Shown piece after piece: positions 13,785 through 26,525 of a stretch of DNA of 64,000 nucleotides (its first letter is position 1; each line of letters opens with the position of its first letter). The stretch is from Chiloscyllium plagiosum (Eukaryota): NCBI RefSeq assembly GCF_004010195.1, contig NC_057716.1:38277250-38341249 (forward strand). The letters run 5' to 3'. The notes under the pieces were generated by a model, which did not search any database, had not been told where the DNA came from, and was given only the letters and a program-made list of their open reading frames with translations. The position numbers and the translations under genes were made by a program.

Positions 13785-14470
13785 AAACATAGAAACACAG
13801 AAGATGGGAGCAAGAGTAGGCCATTTGACTCTGAGTCTGCTCCACTATTCAATATGATCATGGCTGATCATTGAGCTCTACACCCTAATCCTGCTCACTC
13901 TCCTATATCTCTTGATTCCTTCTTAAAACAAATAATATCTTAACCTCAACCACTTTCTACGATTGTGAATTCCACAGGCTCAGCATTTTCAGGGTGAAGA
14001 CGTTTCTCCTCATCTCAGTCTGAAAAAGTTTACCCCTTATCCTTAAACTATGACCCCTGGTTCTAGAATCCCCACCGTCAGGAATAACCTTCCTGCATTT
14101 AACCTATCTAATCCTGTCAGAATTTTATAAGTTTCTATGAGATCCCCCCACCCCCATTCTTCAAAAGTCCAGTGAATATAATCCTAACATGCAATCTCTC
14201 CCCTCACAACAGTCCTGCCATCCCAGGAATCAATCTGGTGAGCCTTCAATGCACTCCCTCTGTAGCAAGAACATCCTTCCTCAGATAAAGCAACCAAAAC
14301 TGTACACGATATTCCAAGTGTGGCCTCACCAATGTCCTGTATAAATTCAATAAGACATCCCATGATCTTGTACTCCAATCCTCTCGCCATGAAAGCCAAC
14401 ATAGAGTTTGCCTTCTTCACCACCTGCTGCACCTGCATGTTTACTTTCAGCAACTGGTACACAAGGTCTT
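13785..14470 (-). mobile_element. CR1 LINE 3' fragment
   Basis: ORF 14184-14501 KKANSMLAFMARGLEYK; CATAGAAA-type tail near 13790. Confidence 0.85.
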
Positions 14471-15404
14471 GTTGAATAGTCCCCTTGGTAGATCTGTGCA
14501 ATTATCATGCAACTTAGAGCCTACACCCACTGTTATCTTAGAGGTCTGATATTAATTTCCCAACATCAGATGATGTCAATATTTAGCATTTTTAAAATAA
14601 ATTTTCATAAATATACTTGTTTTATTCACCTGTGGGCTATGGGCAATATTAGCTGGCCCAGCACATATTGCTAACAGACAGGTATTGGAAAAGCCAAATT
14701 TTTAATACACAGGATTTAGGAGTAATAGGGGGAGAGGAAATTCTACAAATGTTCTATGGGTATTGAAGGCATCCCTGAAAAGTGCTACCCCTCTTTTTGT
14801 GCGTACCTGCTTGGCCAGTAAACACACCCAGTCTAACCGACTAAATATCCCCTGCCTCCCAGCTTCCTGATATCTCTGCTCCCAAGAAGCATAGGACTTT
14901 TCTGGTTCTGAGCTCTATTGACAATGTTTATGAGCCCCTGCATGCCCAGCTGAACTAAGAATTCTGTACTAGCACTGCTGGGACTGCTAGAGCTGCCAGC
15001 CAATCAGGTTGACTAGCAGCTCGAGGGCAAGACTTCATCTCACTAAAGAGTGAAATCCAATCCTTATCGCCCTACGGTTGCCAGGCAGTCTGGTTCAATA
15101 TTGGTCTGTGCGGGACTGACATTTTTCCTGGCATTGTGGAGAGGAGGAACGTTGGAGTTAGTGGTGAGCAGTACATCCCCCTCGCTGCAAAATTCTGCAA
15201 ACGGAAATCTTTGAGATTTTCTGTCATAAGTGTTTGTTAAAAATGCTCACCAAAGACTCCTACAATAGCTGAAGTCAGCATGAATTTATTGAAAACTCTG
15301 CAGGTGGATTCAAAATGGCTGGAAGCAATATGGACTCATTAAGGGAATATTGTTGGTGTGGGAGAGCAATTCTGGATAAATTGTTGGGCTCCTATTTTTG
15401 CTTT

Positions 15405-15428
<24 letters not shown>
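15405..15428. repeat. (TA)n microsatellite
   Basis: Direct run. Confidence 0.95.
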
Positions 15429-15435
<7 letters not shown>

Positions 15436-16232
15436 TATGTGACTTACATTCAATAAGCAATTTTAATTGGTGATGTTTACAGGTGATTACCAATGATTTA
15501 GAGGAAAACACATGGACCGATAAAATTAGTTAGGTAAAAGCTGTAAATGGACAGAATAGGGTAAATGGAATATAATACATCATGAACACAGTAATATATT
15601 TGAAGAATATGCATAGCTATCAAATGAACGTAGAATGTATTTGACTTTTCATAGTGATGCACACAGAGTCAACTGAATTTTCAGGTAGAGCAAAATTTGA
15701 GAGAGGATGGATTAAATTGACCAAGGCAAAAAAGGATAAATAAGAAATGAACAGCAGATGATGTGAAAGACAATGTTGATAGGGCAGAGAAGTAAATGTC
15801 GAAGGAAAGGGAGAAGACGAGATGCAGATGGAGATGGGAAGGAGGAGGCATATCAGTAAGGAGGAGGGAGTATAGGTAACCATATCCATGTGTGAAATGA
15901 GATAATTAACTACCTTGAGGGAGATCAAAATTTAGGTTAGTGAAGTTGAGATGAATATGGAAGGAATGAGTGAGGGAGACATAATGGAGGTATTGAAAAG
16001 TTTTTCAGTGAGGGAAGATTTAAAAATTTACTTCAATAGAGAGAAATGTTTGTTTGGATGTCTACTCTATGATAGACTAGGCAAATGGTTAGAATTTAAA
16101 TGAATGGTATCATAAAGGAGGGTTCAATGCTTTAACTAGGCTAATTCCTCACTAGCTAACAGTAAGATAATCAAAGCAGGTTACAGCAAGGTTAATGCAA
16201 AGAACAGTTCAAAGTCAATGTTGAATGTAAGT

Positions 16233-16546
16233 GGGTGGCACAGTGGCTAGCACTGCTGCCTCAGAGTGCCAGAGATCCGGGTTCAATTCCCACCTCAGGT
16301 GACTGACTGTGTGGAGTTTGCACATTCTCCCCATGTCTGCATGGGTTTCCTCCGGGTGCTCCGGTTTCCTCCAACATTCTAAAAGATGTGCAGGTCATGT
16401 GAATTGACTATTCTAAATTGCCAGTAATGTTAGGTGAAGGGGTAAATGTAGGGGAATGGGTCTGGGTGGGTTGCGCTTCGGTGGTTCACTGTGGACTTGT
16501 TGGGCCGAAGGGCCTGGTTCCATGCTGTAAGTAATCTAATCTAATC
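16233..16546 (+). mobile_element. HE1-type V-SINE
   Basis: A/B boxes, V-domain, (TCTAA)n tail. Confidence 0.9.
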
Positions 16547-17796
16547 TGCCAGAATGGGAATGGAAGCCATTATTCCAAATCACGTTCTGGCTTTGGGCCT
16601 CGGAGATAATAGCTGAAACTTAAAGGAATTGAAGAATGAGCACCACCAGGAGTAGACTCAACATGGAAAACCTCACCCAGGCTGGAGACAAAAAGGATTA
16701 CTAACTAGCAATTTTGTTGGTGACAATGCAAGGCTATTCTTAGTTGACAGAATGATTCATCTGTTTAATTCCAATAACAAATGTGATATCTCCATGCTAA
16801 AAGGTCATACAAACCCAAAGTGGTCCATATCCGAATTCTTAGAGGGATGAAGACATTCAAAAGTGAGCCCGTGGATGATCAGAGTTGTATGCATGCTACA
16901 TTGAATCAATCAATAAGTGTCTACTCTACATTGCCAGTTTTGAGTAAAATGTTGAATGCCATTTGTGGCAATTGCAATTATATGTATGAGAGAATCAGCC
17001 CCCATTGTAGCTCATTTCTAACCTAATGGGGCTATGGATACAATTACCATTAAAAGTCCATAAAATATTGAAAGTTACAACAATACATATTGTAGAAATT
17101 AATATCAGTAAATTGGAATGGATTGGTAATCAAAGTAAATTCTGTGCACAACATACAAAGTTAATATAGGGTTGCAATAAATCAAGCAAATAGATTACTA
17201 ATAAGACAAACTGGTAATCTAAGTGGCAGCTCAATATGCTTAAAATGTAAAGAGCTCTGGTAAAAGTTTGCTTTAGTATTATTTCCATTTTCAATACTGT
17301 GATATAATGGACACATTCAGACCATTGACGTGAAGCCAGAACATTAAAGAATTGAGTTAAGGGAAAAGGCAGAAACAAGGCAATTTTAACCATGCAGGAG
17401 ATAAATAAGAGGAGGCCTTATCTATTAGATAATGCAGAAGTTAAGTTAGAGCATCAACTTGAGACAAGTCAAGATAATACAACAATGGTCATAACATGAA
17501 AGCCAATGTTAAGAAGTTCTTCATACCATATCGGGATTAGAACAGTGAAGACAAAAACATTGGATTTCTTCCAGTGTGATTTGTATGCATGAGCTGAGCT
17601 CCAGCCCTCTCCTTGATTCACCTTGTGACTGTGTAAGTTAAGTGCTTTTCTTTCCAGTAAGTGCCTTTGCCCTGCAGATAACCACCTGTTGGGAACCTTC
17701 TGGTGTGGTTTCTTAGAAGGCCAGCTAGAAGTGCTGTGAATAGCTAAAATGGCAATTTACTATTTTTCCAGAGCTTCCACTCATGTTGGATTGAAC

Positions 17797-17952
17797 AGGA
17801 TTGAAGTCCCTCCAGTTCAAAGGAGAACTAAGGACTCCAGTCCAGCAGGAAGACAGTCTAAGTATTCCACCTTCTTCCCAACAAACTATAATCCTTCCAA
17901 GTCCAAAGAGCACAGTTTAGGAGAAAACAGTGAAGCTCCCTGACAATCTGAG
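17797..17952 (+). repeat. Inverted copy of 19727-19881 (Gypsy pol 3' end)
   Basis: Manual alignment gives about 11 differences over ~156 bp; twin ORFs 17725-17913(-) and 19766-19972(+). Confidence 0.9.
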
Positions 17953-18466
17953 GTATTCAATTCCAATCTTTATCGGGTTGGGGCCTTAGAATGTCAAGGA
18001 GAGGCATCACAGAAATTGAATTAACTGATCAGGAACACACATTCCAGGTACCTCTCCAAATATAAAACTGCCCCCTTCTAACTGGGTAAACATTTCAAAT
18101 TTGTCAAGTCCTTTGATAATCTGTTACGTATTAGATAGATTTGTAAATCTAGTTCTTTGAATATGTACACATACATTTGACATTTTAAAATAAATAAAAG
18201 AGTATACAACTCATCTCGAGGGGACAACAATAAGAATATTAATAATATTTGAAGTCACTACATTTAAAGCATGATGAGACAGCAATATGACACCACTCTT
18301 ACTTTGACTGATGAGAATATGTTAATCATTCATTTAAACGTGTTAGTTTTGCAGTTCATTATTTATTGACATACATGATTCTAACTAGTACAAATTGTAT
18401 TTCGGGAATTATTCAAAACAGTATAAGCTGTCCTATGACCACTGCTCTTGCTTCTCATAAACTTAT

Positions 18467-18780
18467 GGGCGGCACGGTGGCACAGTGGTTAGCACTGCTG
18501 CCTCACAGCGCCTGAGACCCGGGTTCAATTCCCGCCTCAGGCGACTGACTGTGTGGAGTTTGCACGTTCTCCCCGTGTCTGCGTGGGTTTCCTCCGGGTG
18601 CTCCGGTTTCCTCCCACAGTCCAAAAGATGTGCAGGGTCAGGTGAATTGGCCATGCTAAATTGCCCGTAGTGTTAGGTAAGGGGTAAATGTAGGGGTATG
18701 GGTGGGTTTCGCTTCGGCGGGTCGGTGTGGACTTGTTGGGCCGAAGGGCCTGTTTCCACACTGTAATGTAATCTAATCTA
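18467..18780 (+). mobile_element. HE1-type V-SINE, young full-length copy
   Basis: Intact A/B boxes, CpG-rich V-domain, TGTAATGTAATCTAATCTA tail. Confidence 0.95.
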
Positions 18781-20994
18781 TATTCCCGATTTAGCAAAAG
18801 TAAATTAATTGTGGACAGTGCAAATTTCAGAGCATTTATGTGTAATTAAATTACTTCATACATGTTAACTGTTAATTTTTTAACCAGTATAACAGCTTGA
18901 CGTAACTGGCAAGAAAAGCAGTTTTAGCTCTGGTTAATTCTGACAACATCCACACTGGCTGGATAGTGGTATGGAAAACTGCTGGAAAATCAATCAGACA
19001 TTACCCTCAATGTGAGTTGCATATAAACCTAAAGCAGAAATGGTCCTCATGAACATGGCATAATGTTTTGATTACCTAGATGCTGTCCAAATATCCAATT
19101 AGAGTCAAATGAAAAGTTGGACTATGCACACTGGTATTCATAATGCTGATCAGGTTAACCAGCCGTGTTCAAAAATATGTAGTTTTGTCGTGCACAATCA
19201 TCTCATTCAATATTTTTCTTCATTATTATTGGTAGGTGTGGTCATTTGCAGAATTTCTTTCAAAATGGTAAATGAGAATACTCGTTGCTGCATTTTCAAT
19301 GTGCTGGATTCTTCAACTGAATGAAAATGAACTTAATGTTGTGTGTGGGTTCCTTCAAGCTAACAGAGAGGTAGTATGCATTAGGATAACTATATTTCAA
19401 AGTCTTGTTGAACAAACAATTTCAGGTTTACTGCATTACTGCAACAATTTACAGATGAGATGAATATGACCTACGTTACTGCAGAGATTATTAGAAGCTC
19501 ACAGACCCCAGGTCTGTGTCCTATAAGCTTTTTTTTTCACTCTGTCCAATGTCTCTGTGACATCACCAAGGTGGGAAGTGTATCGTGCACTCAATCAAGT
19601 ACTAACCATTTCAGACATCTCTATTCAAGTCATTCTTCTTGTAATTATTATTTTGTTATACATTTATTTAGATATATATTTACATTTAACACAATCCCAT
19701 CTCACCCAAGCCTTGCACTTTACAAACTCAGATTGTCTGGGAGCTTCACCATTTTCTCCTAAACTGTGCTCTTTGGACTTAGAAGGATTATAGTTTGTTG
19801 GGAAGAAGGTAGAATACTTGGACTGTCTTCCTGCTGGACTGGAGTCTGTAGTTCTCCTTTGAATTGGAGGGACTTTAACCTCATATTTCTTTTACAGAGG
19901 ATTGTTTGTGCATTTGCTGCAATGCAGGCTTTTATTACTGCAGTGCAAAGATCCAAGAAACTTTCTGCTTAGTGGTATCTTCTGTAAGGTTGTATCTGCC
20001 ATATTTTCAACTGGAGTCAGTAGAATGTTTTTCTTATTTTGCATATAGGTTTATATAGAAGTAGGCAAACTTATTTCTTTGACTTCTTAAGTATTTTGAG
20101 CTTTCTCCTTTCCTATCAGTGATTGAATTAGTAGTGATAGCAGCTTGCTCATTCCTTGATTGTGTCACCTTGAGCTTCATTCTTGCTTGATGAAATATGT
20201 TGGTAAGTCTTTGATAAGTGGGGAAGTTTGGACATTTCCTTGATCTTGTCCCTCCCTAATCATAAAGCCACTAATGGCATACTTGAACTTGGAGTAAATT
20301 GTTCTTCACTAAACTATATGATGCTCTGACTCTTCAAATGCAGATACTTCCATTCTCTCTCTATTACGTTACATCCTCTTCAATGGTTCAGACAGTCCAG
20401 TTGCTGCTTCACCTTTGTTTGCATTTTCTGCTGAACTTTGTTCCCAGTTTCAATCTCCTCTCTGTACAGATTTAATGTGTATACAAAGCAGTGTAGCCAA
20501 ATCACTATAGTCACAGCTTTCCATTACATCTACTTGATGAAATAATGTTTTTTTATTCTTACATTATTAACTTCAGAAGATTCAGTTTCTTTGCTCTCAC
20601 AATCAAGTTAAATTTAAGTGATTCCTTGACCTTGTGCAGTTTAAACTCTTACAACTTTCAAATAATTTTGAAACCTTTCTCCTTTCTCATCAGGGGAGAG
20701 AATTCTTGATTTGAAGTGTATAAATGTTTTCTAGTATTCAATCAATCTTATTGTTATGACACAAAGACAGCCAGTTGATTGAATCAGCCTCGGTATCTCT
20801 GCAATTACAACAGTAAAAATTAGAGCACTCAAAATTAACCCCAATGGTCCTACCCAGACATTTCTTGATTACTCAATGCCAAACTCTGCCAATAATCAAT
20901 TCCAAACATCAGATTTGTAGCTTAAACAATAGACTAAATAGTTTATTAACAGTACAGTAACTTTAGGAGAGCAAACCTAAGCAACAAAACAATC

Positions 20995-20999
<5 letters not shown>

Positions 21000-21028
<29 letters not shown>
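21000..21028. repeat. (AT)n microsatellite
   Basis: Direct run at the tail of the adjacent SINE. Confidence 0.95.
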
Positions 21029-21032
<4 letters not shown>

Positions 21033-21033
<1 letters not shown>

Positions 21034-21380
21034 TTCACTCATGGGACTGGCCAGCATTTGTTGCCCCTCCCTAGCTTCCCTTGAACTGAGTGATTTGCCA
21101 GGTCATTTCAGAACAAAGTTGAGAGTCAACTATATTGCTGTGGGTCTGAAGTCACATGTAGATCAGACCAGGTGAGAATGGAAGATTTCCTTCCCTGAAG
21201 GACATTAGTGATGTCAGCAATGGTTTTATGGCCATGAGTCAATGCTTAATTTCAGCTTTTTAAAAAAAAATTGAATTCAAATTCTACCATCTGCCATGGT
21301 GGGATTCAAACTTGAGTCTCCATAACATGAGCTGAGTTTCTAGGTTAATAGTCTGGCGATGTTACCACTAGGCCATCATC
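21033..21380 (-). mobile_element. tRNA-derived SINE family B
   Basis: Homologous to 11060-11458 in reverse orientation. Confidence 0.7.
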
Positions 21381-24300
21381 TTCCATATGATTGAATGGTT
21401 TAAATCCAATAACTTTAGCTTTCATTATTATTCACACAGAAGGCAATCAGACAGACGCCTTTAATGGATAAAGTTAAGAAGAAGAAAATAACGAAAATGG
21501 CTAGATTATTTAAGCAACTTTCATGACACGTTCTTCCACAGCTATATATGAATGTTTCTTGTTGATCAATTCCACCTTTTCCAATGCACTTTGAGGGATT
21601 CAAAAATAATTTCCTGGGTTTTTCTCATTTTGAGGGGAAGGAGGTATGTGTGGTGGGAAATATATTTCACATAAAAGGTATGGAGATTGTGGCAGTAGAC
21701 CAGAGAAGGCACTGTTCCATCCTGTTAGGAAGCCTTCTGACCAGGACTCAAAATGCTAACACACCATCCATTTAAAAGGTTGCTCCCCTTTGTGATGACA
21801 GCCTGGAAGTTATGACCTATTATTTGGTTACTGTCCAATCTACGTTATTGACTTTTCTGGTGTATCTTTTTCGGGGTATTTTTTAACCTTAAGAATTAAA
21901 TAGATCTCCTGTGGCAACTTAAATCTCTCCTAGAACTGACTTGTTTTGATTCTGTATCTCTGCTTCACTTCCTACCTGAATTGTTTTCTCTAGAGTGAGG
22001 TCTTCATTAGGCTGTAATAAAATAATCTGACAAAGGTGCATTAGTAATGCTTCCACCAATCTATCTCTTATGAATTCAAACTTTAAATCACCATTACACT
22101 CTAAAGATCATGAATTAAATTGTCTAGAGTCGACCTGGACACTGTAATCTTTTGCAAAATCCTGCCTTTTAGAATTTTATTAGTTTTAAGGTTAAAATAA
22201 TTGTCAAAGCTGGGACTTTTTTATTAAATGACTGCTTTTTCAGCCTGAATTATTGTGCTGTTTAAGGTTTCTCCTTGGGTACACAGGAATTTTGACTTTG
22301 ACTTATGCAAGGTTGGCTCACTGGCTCAACTTGGACTCAGGACCACTTGCACAGACCACTACCTCACGATGTAGCCAGTATCACTGTGTTAGAGTTCCAG
22401 ACTTCTTCTGTTCCTGTGCATCCCCTGTCAGGTCTCAAACGATTTCAGTGTCATTCACTGAAGTATTCTTCCACATTGAATGTTACCATGTGGTTGGTAG
22501 GGTTTACTGTCAGCAGCAACCAACTACCTGTTTTCATTGAAATCTTCTGGGTCCTTTTTTTTTCTTGAGTTTTAAATGCGTAGTTTCTAATTTCTCTTAG
22601 TTCGCACCACATAGAAATATTGATAATCACTGCTGTTTACTGTGTGGTGGCAGGGACTCATCATTGCCTCCATTTTGTGTCTGGGTTACATCAAGCCCAA
22701 AGTGGTTTATAATGGATTGGGATGTCCACCTGTCTGGTCTAACAAGAAGTATTACATTGCCTAAACAACCTTTGTTGTATTACTGCAGCTAAGTACAGAT
22801 TACATGAACATGACCGACAATACTACAGAGACTGTTAGGAGCACACTAATGCTGCAGTTGTCTTCTACAGCTCCTTCTTGTGATATCATCATTAGTCTGC
22901 TACAGAATGACTTTCAGAAAACACTTAGAAAGAAGATAGTTGACCTTCTATATCTGAAGGTTACAACAGCACAAGACCTTTGTGCTGCTAGATTCTGCAA
23001 AATTAATCACCTCAGAAATATACCATATCTGATGGCCTGTAGTGATGTAAACATGTGATAGATTTTGGAAGTAACTTCTATTTTGATGTGTTAAGCAGGC
23101 GATGTTGGACTGGCTTTACAGATTTTTCATTTCTGGAAATAGATGTTTGACTGTCGGATAATCAAATATTGTCATTTATTCAATCATCAAATATTAAACT
23201 GTGACACATTCCTTGTGAAACAGAGGCATTAATTAGAAAAAGTGTTCAATGGATATAGGGAATCATTACTTGGGTGCTAATAGATTCAAATGTCAGTCTT
23301 TCAAGAAGTAAAATTATCTATGTTATCTTCATCTAGATTAGTCAATTAGCAAGGAAGAGCTGTTGTCAACCAACATTTGGGTGTTATTAGACCATGGATA
23401 TATTATTCTGCCTGTCAGTGGCTGTTATCCAGGAAGAAGTAGGTTGATGATATGAGGCAATGGTCCAGTGTCTGCATCTTTGAAAGGAAAGGATATAATA
23501 CTGAATGGGTAATGAGCTTTATTGGAGAGGAATGCCTTCTCCCTATATGTTTGCTGAGACTACTGAGAAAGCAGCCGACAGTATAGTCTGAAAACCTGGG
23601 CATCTGTTAACTCGTGTACATTTCTCATATACACTTGCTGGAGAGTATGCAAAATATTGTACTAAAATGGAAGTGTGTGAGAAGCAACAACAGTTTGTGC
23701 TGAAATGAGACCTCATGAAGGGGATGTGGAAATTCCTATTTCTGGATTATGTCCACTGGATAATCTCCAGATGGAAAAAAAAGGACAACAGTGACATACA
23801 CAGAGAACATCCTCTTCCTCCTTCTTCCAGAAAACCTCCAACAATTCAGGAACAAAGTGAGCACTGTTATGTGTACATTTCCACTGGGACTTCCTGATCT
23901 GGTCTTTGTTGTCCTATCCTCTCTACAACTTGCTCTTTCGCATGTACCTGATACCCTTTAAAGTTGATCCTTTACAGCAGGATTTTCCAACCTTTAGCCA
24001 AGTATGCCACAGGCTATGTTCATTGGTCAAGCTTTCCCAGTGCTTGTGACTGAACCAAATTCGGAGAAGCAGCTCCCAAGGGAAATCTGGGACAAGTCAT
24101 AACTCAGAGCCTGCAACTTGGAACAAGTCAATCCCAGTTCTGCTATACAGAATAAAAAAACTATGGCTGCGTAATGCTTTAGTTAATTCACAGAAACAGT
24201 TACACTCTGAGTTATAGATGACATCGATCCCTGAAGCTAATGGATGTTGTGTTAATAGGAGCAGATCTCAATAGACTACCTCTCCCTATTCTCCTCATTA

Positions 24301-25340
24301 AATACAATACTGCAACACAGGCTATTCATTTAACCATTATTTTCATTTTTTTTATAGTAACTGTAGATCACAAGTGCATCAATCCTAAATGAATAGGGAA
24401 AAGCTAGCATTTACTCTTTGTTCTTGAGCTGTTAAGTATTAGAGCAACAGTACTATGACTCAGAATTATTGCAAAATTATATTCTATCCCATTAAATGCA
24501 TAAGCCATACCTTACACTTTTCAAACAGAATAATGCATGAAAAAAAGTTGCAGTATTTAAAAGCTATTATTGTTTCAAACATATCACAATATTCATTTGT
24601 AAAATGTTCACAATAATTTTCAATATTACTTTTCAAGGTCTTATCTTTAGGACTTGTAGGTGGATTAGAAACAGTGAGCATGATTTATAAAATTAAACAG
24701 GCCCTTCCCTACTCATTACAAAGGGTACCCCAAAATTAAACAAGGAATGGAACTGAGTGCTAGTCAAAATATTTGGGCTGAACATTTTTTCCATATTTGT
24801 GTAATTTCCGCAGTTGGTCATGGGGCTTTGTTTTAATATGGCAATCCTTACAACCAGTTATCTAGAAATGCCTTGTTATTTAGTCAGATTCTTACCAATT
24901 TGCCTTGGCATTTCTTCAGGTGATATTTTAACATGCATTTAGTGAAATTACACCTTGCACTAATATGAGGAACAGAGAAAAGCAAATGAATGTATGGATC
25001 AGTCACCTACAAATATTGACAGCTGCAACTACTGGGTGCAAACCTTGAAGGATGTGATCCAAAAAGAAACTCATCTAGCAAATGTGCAACTAACCAGTTA
25101 GACGTGCTTTCATAAACAAGAAAACATTTTAAATTGTTACATCAATAGTAAGTTAGTTAGATGGAAGCACTTGTGCCATAGTTGTAGCATTTTCCAGCAA
25201 ATTAATGACTAAACTGAAATTCTATTGTTTGCAAAATTTTAAAAAATTGCCTATTATAATATTTAAAATGTATAGGGATCAATTTGTGTACTCAGATATA
25301 AGGCATGAACTATATGCAAAGTGTAGGGTGAATAATTTGT

Positions 25341-25659
25341 GGGCGGCACGGTGGCACAGTGGTTAGCACTGCTGCCTCACAGCGCCAGAGACCCGGGTTC
25401 AATTCCCGACTCAGGCGACTAACTGTGTGGAGTTTGCACGTTCTCCCCGTGTCTGCGTGGGTTTCCTCCGGGTGCTCCGGTTTCCTCCCACAATCCAAAA
25501 AAAAATGTGCGGGTCAGGTGAATTGGCCATGCTAAATTGCCCGTAGTGTTAGGTTAAAGGGGTAAATGTAGGGGTATGGGTGGGTTGCGCTTCGGCAGGT
25601 CGGTGTGGACTTGTTGGGCCGAAGGGCCTGTTTCCACACTGTAAGTAATCTAATCTAAT
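25341..25659 (+). mobile_element. HE1-type V-SINE, young full-length copy
   Basis: A/B boxes, V-domain, (TCTAA)n tail. Confidence 0.95.
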
Positions 25660-25901
25660 TATACCATTCTGTAAATGTACAAAGAAATAGTTAAATTCTG
25701 CAGTCCGGTTGATAGAACTGGAGCTTACAGATTATGTGGTACAAACTGGCACAACTGTGTTGTCAGATTGAATATAGTCAAATCTCAAAATCTACCAGAA
25801 TACTAGGAAGTAAGACATTATCATACTAGTTGATCTCATTGGCAAATGAGTGCAGTGACTGCAATGAGGTCAGCCAGCTGGACCTCATACACTAATCTGG
25901 T

Positions 25902-25934
25902 CCAATCAGGAAGTCCTGGCTGGCAGATATAAAC
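25902..25934 (+). promoter_or_regulatory. LTR U3 CCAAT box and TATA box (the insertion target)
   Basis: CCAAT 25902-25906 and TATAAAC 25928-25934 within the solo LTR. Confidence 0.55.
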
Positions 25935-25957
25935 TAAAAAAAAATAAACAGGGCTAT

Positions 25958-26361
25958 GACTGCCTGCCCCTCTTCCGCGGTTACGTTAGAGCCCGGGTGT
26001 CTCTGGAGAAGGAGCATGGGGTGTCCACCAACACCCTGGCGTTGTTCAGGGAGAGGTGGGAACCACAGGGAGTGGGAATGCATTATTTCTCCCTCCAACT
26101 CTATTTTGATTTAATCCCTGTCCTCCCCTTCACTGTTTGATCACACAGCATTGCCCTTTGATGTGAAAGTGCTTGTCACTGGCCACTCGGGTGTTTCCTA
26201 TCTTCCTGGTGGTGGAAATTGAATAAAGATTTGTGCACCTTGTGTCTCTCACTGTGTCTCATACCTACACACACACACACACACACACCAAGGGTGCTGG
26301 GGAAAAAATAAGCACTACCGCAGTCAGGCGGTAGTGTGGGGGTTAAAAGAGAAAAGAAACA
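25958..26361 (+). mobile_element. Tx1-like non-LTR retrotransposon 3' end, copy 1
   Basis: ORF2 C-terminus DCLPLFRGYVRARVSLEKEH...FRERW, 3'UTR with AATAAA, (CA)n, terminal hairpin and A-rich tail; preceded by ATAAACAGGGCTAT. Confidence 0.8.
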
Positions 26362-26375
26362 ATAAACAGGAGAAT

Positions 26376-26511
26376 CCCTTCACTGTTTGATCACACAGCA
26401 TTGCCCTTTTTCGTGAAGGGCACTGCTTGTCACTGGCCACTCGGGTGTTTTCCTAGTGAGAGTTGGATCGGTGTGAATATAAAAGAAAAAAAGAAAAAAA
26501 AACTAAAAAAA
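26376..26511 (+). mobile_element. Short Tx1-like 3'UTR fragment plus LTR piece and A-tail (copy 1b)
   Basis: Preceded by variant target ATAAACAGGAGAAT; UTR sequence joins LTR-like GAGAGTTGGATCGGTGT and then an A-rich tail. Confidence 0.65.
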
Positions 26512-26525
26512 ATAAACAGGGCTGT

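Larger units (their letters stand above)
19370..22850 (-). mobile_element. Decayed Ty3/Gypsy LTR retrotransposon with nested inserts
   Basis: Reverse strand ~21975-22092 reads GDLKFEFIRDRLV...EDLTLEKTIQ (Gypsy gag); pol end ...MVKLPDNLSL* near 19720 followed by a purine tract; diverged direct repeats ~19410-19500 and ~22760-22845 as LTR remnants. Confidence 0.7.

Noticed and set aside
15620-16060. Purine-rich tract with a 102-aa minus-strand ORF
   Set aside because: Low-complexity, probably decayed LINE sequence; no motif I can support
18467-18545. tRNA gene-like A/B boxes (also 2255, 25341, 38775)
   Set aside because: These are SINE heads continuing into the V-domain and CR1-like tail, not standalone tRNAs
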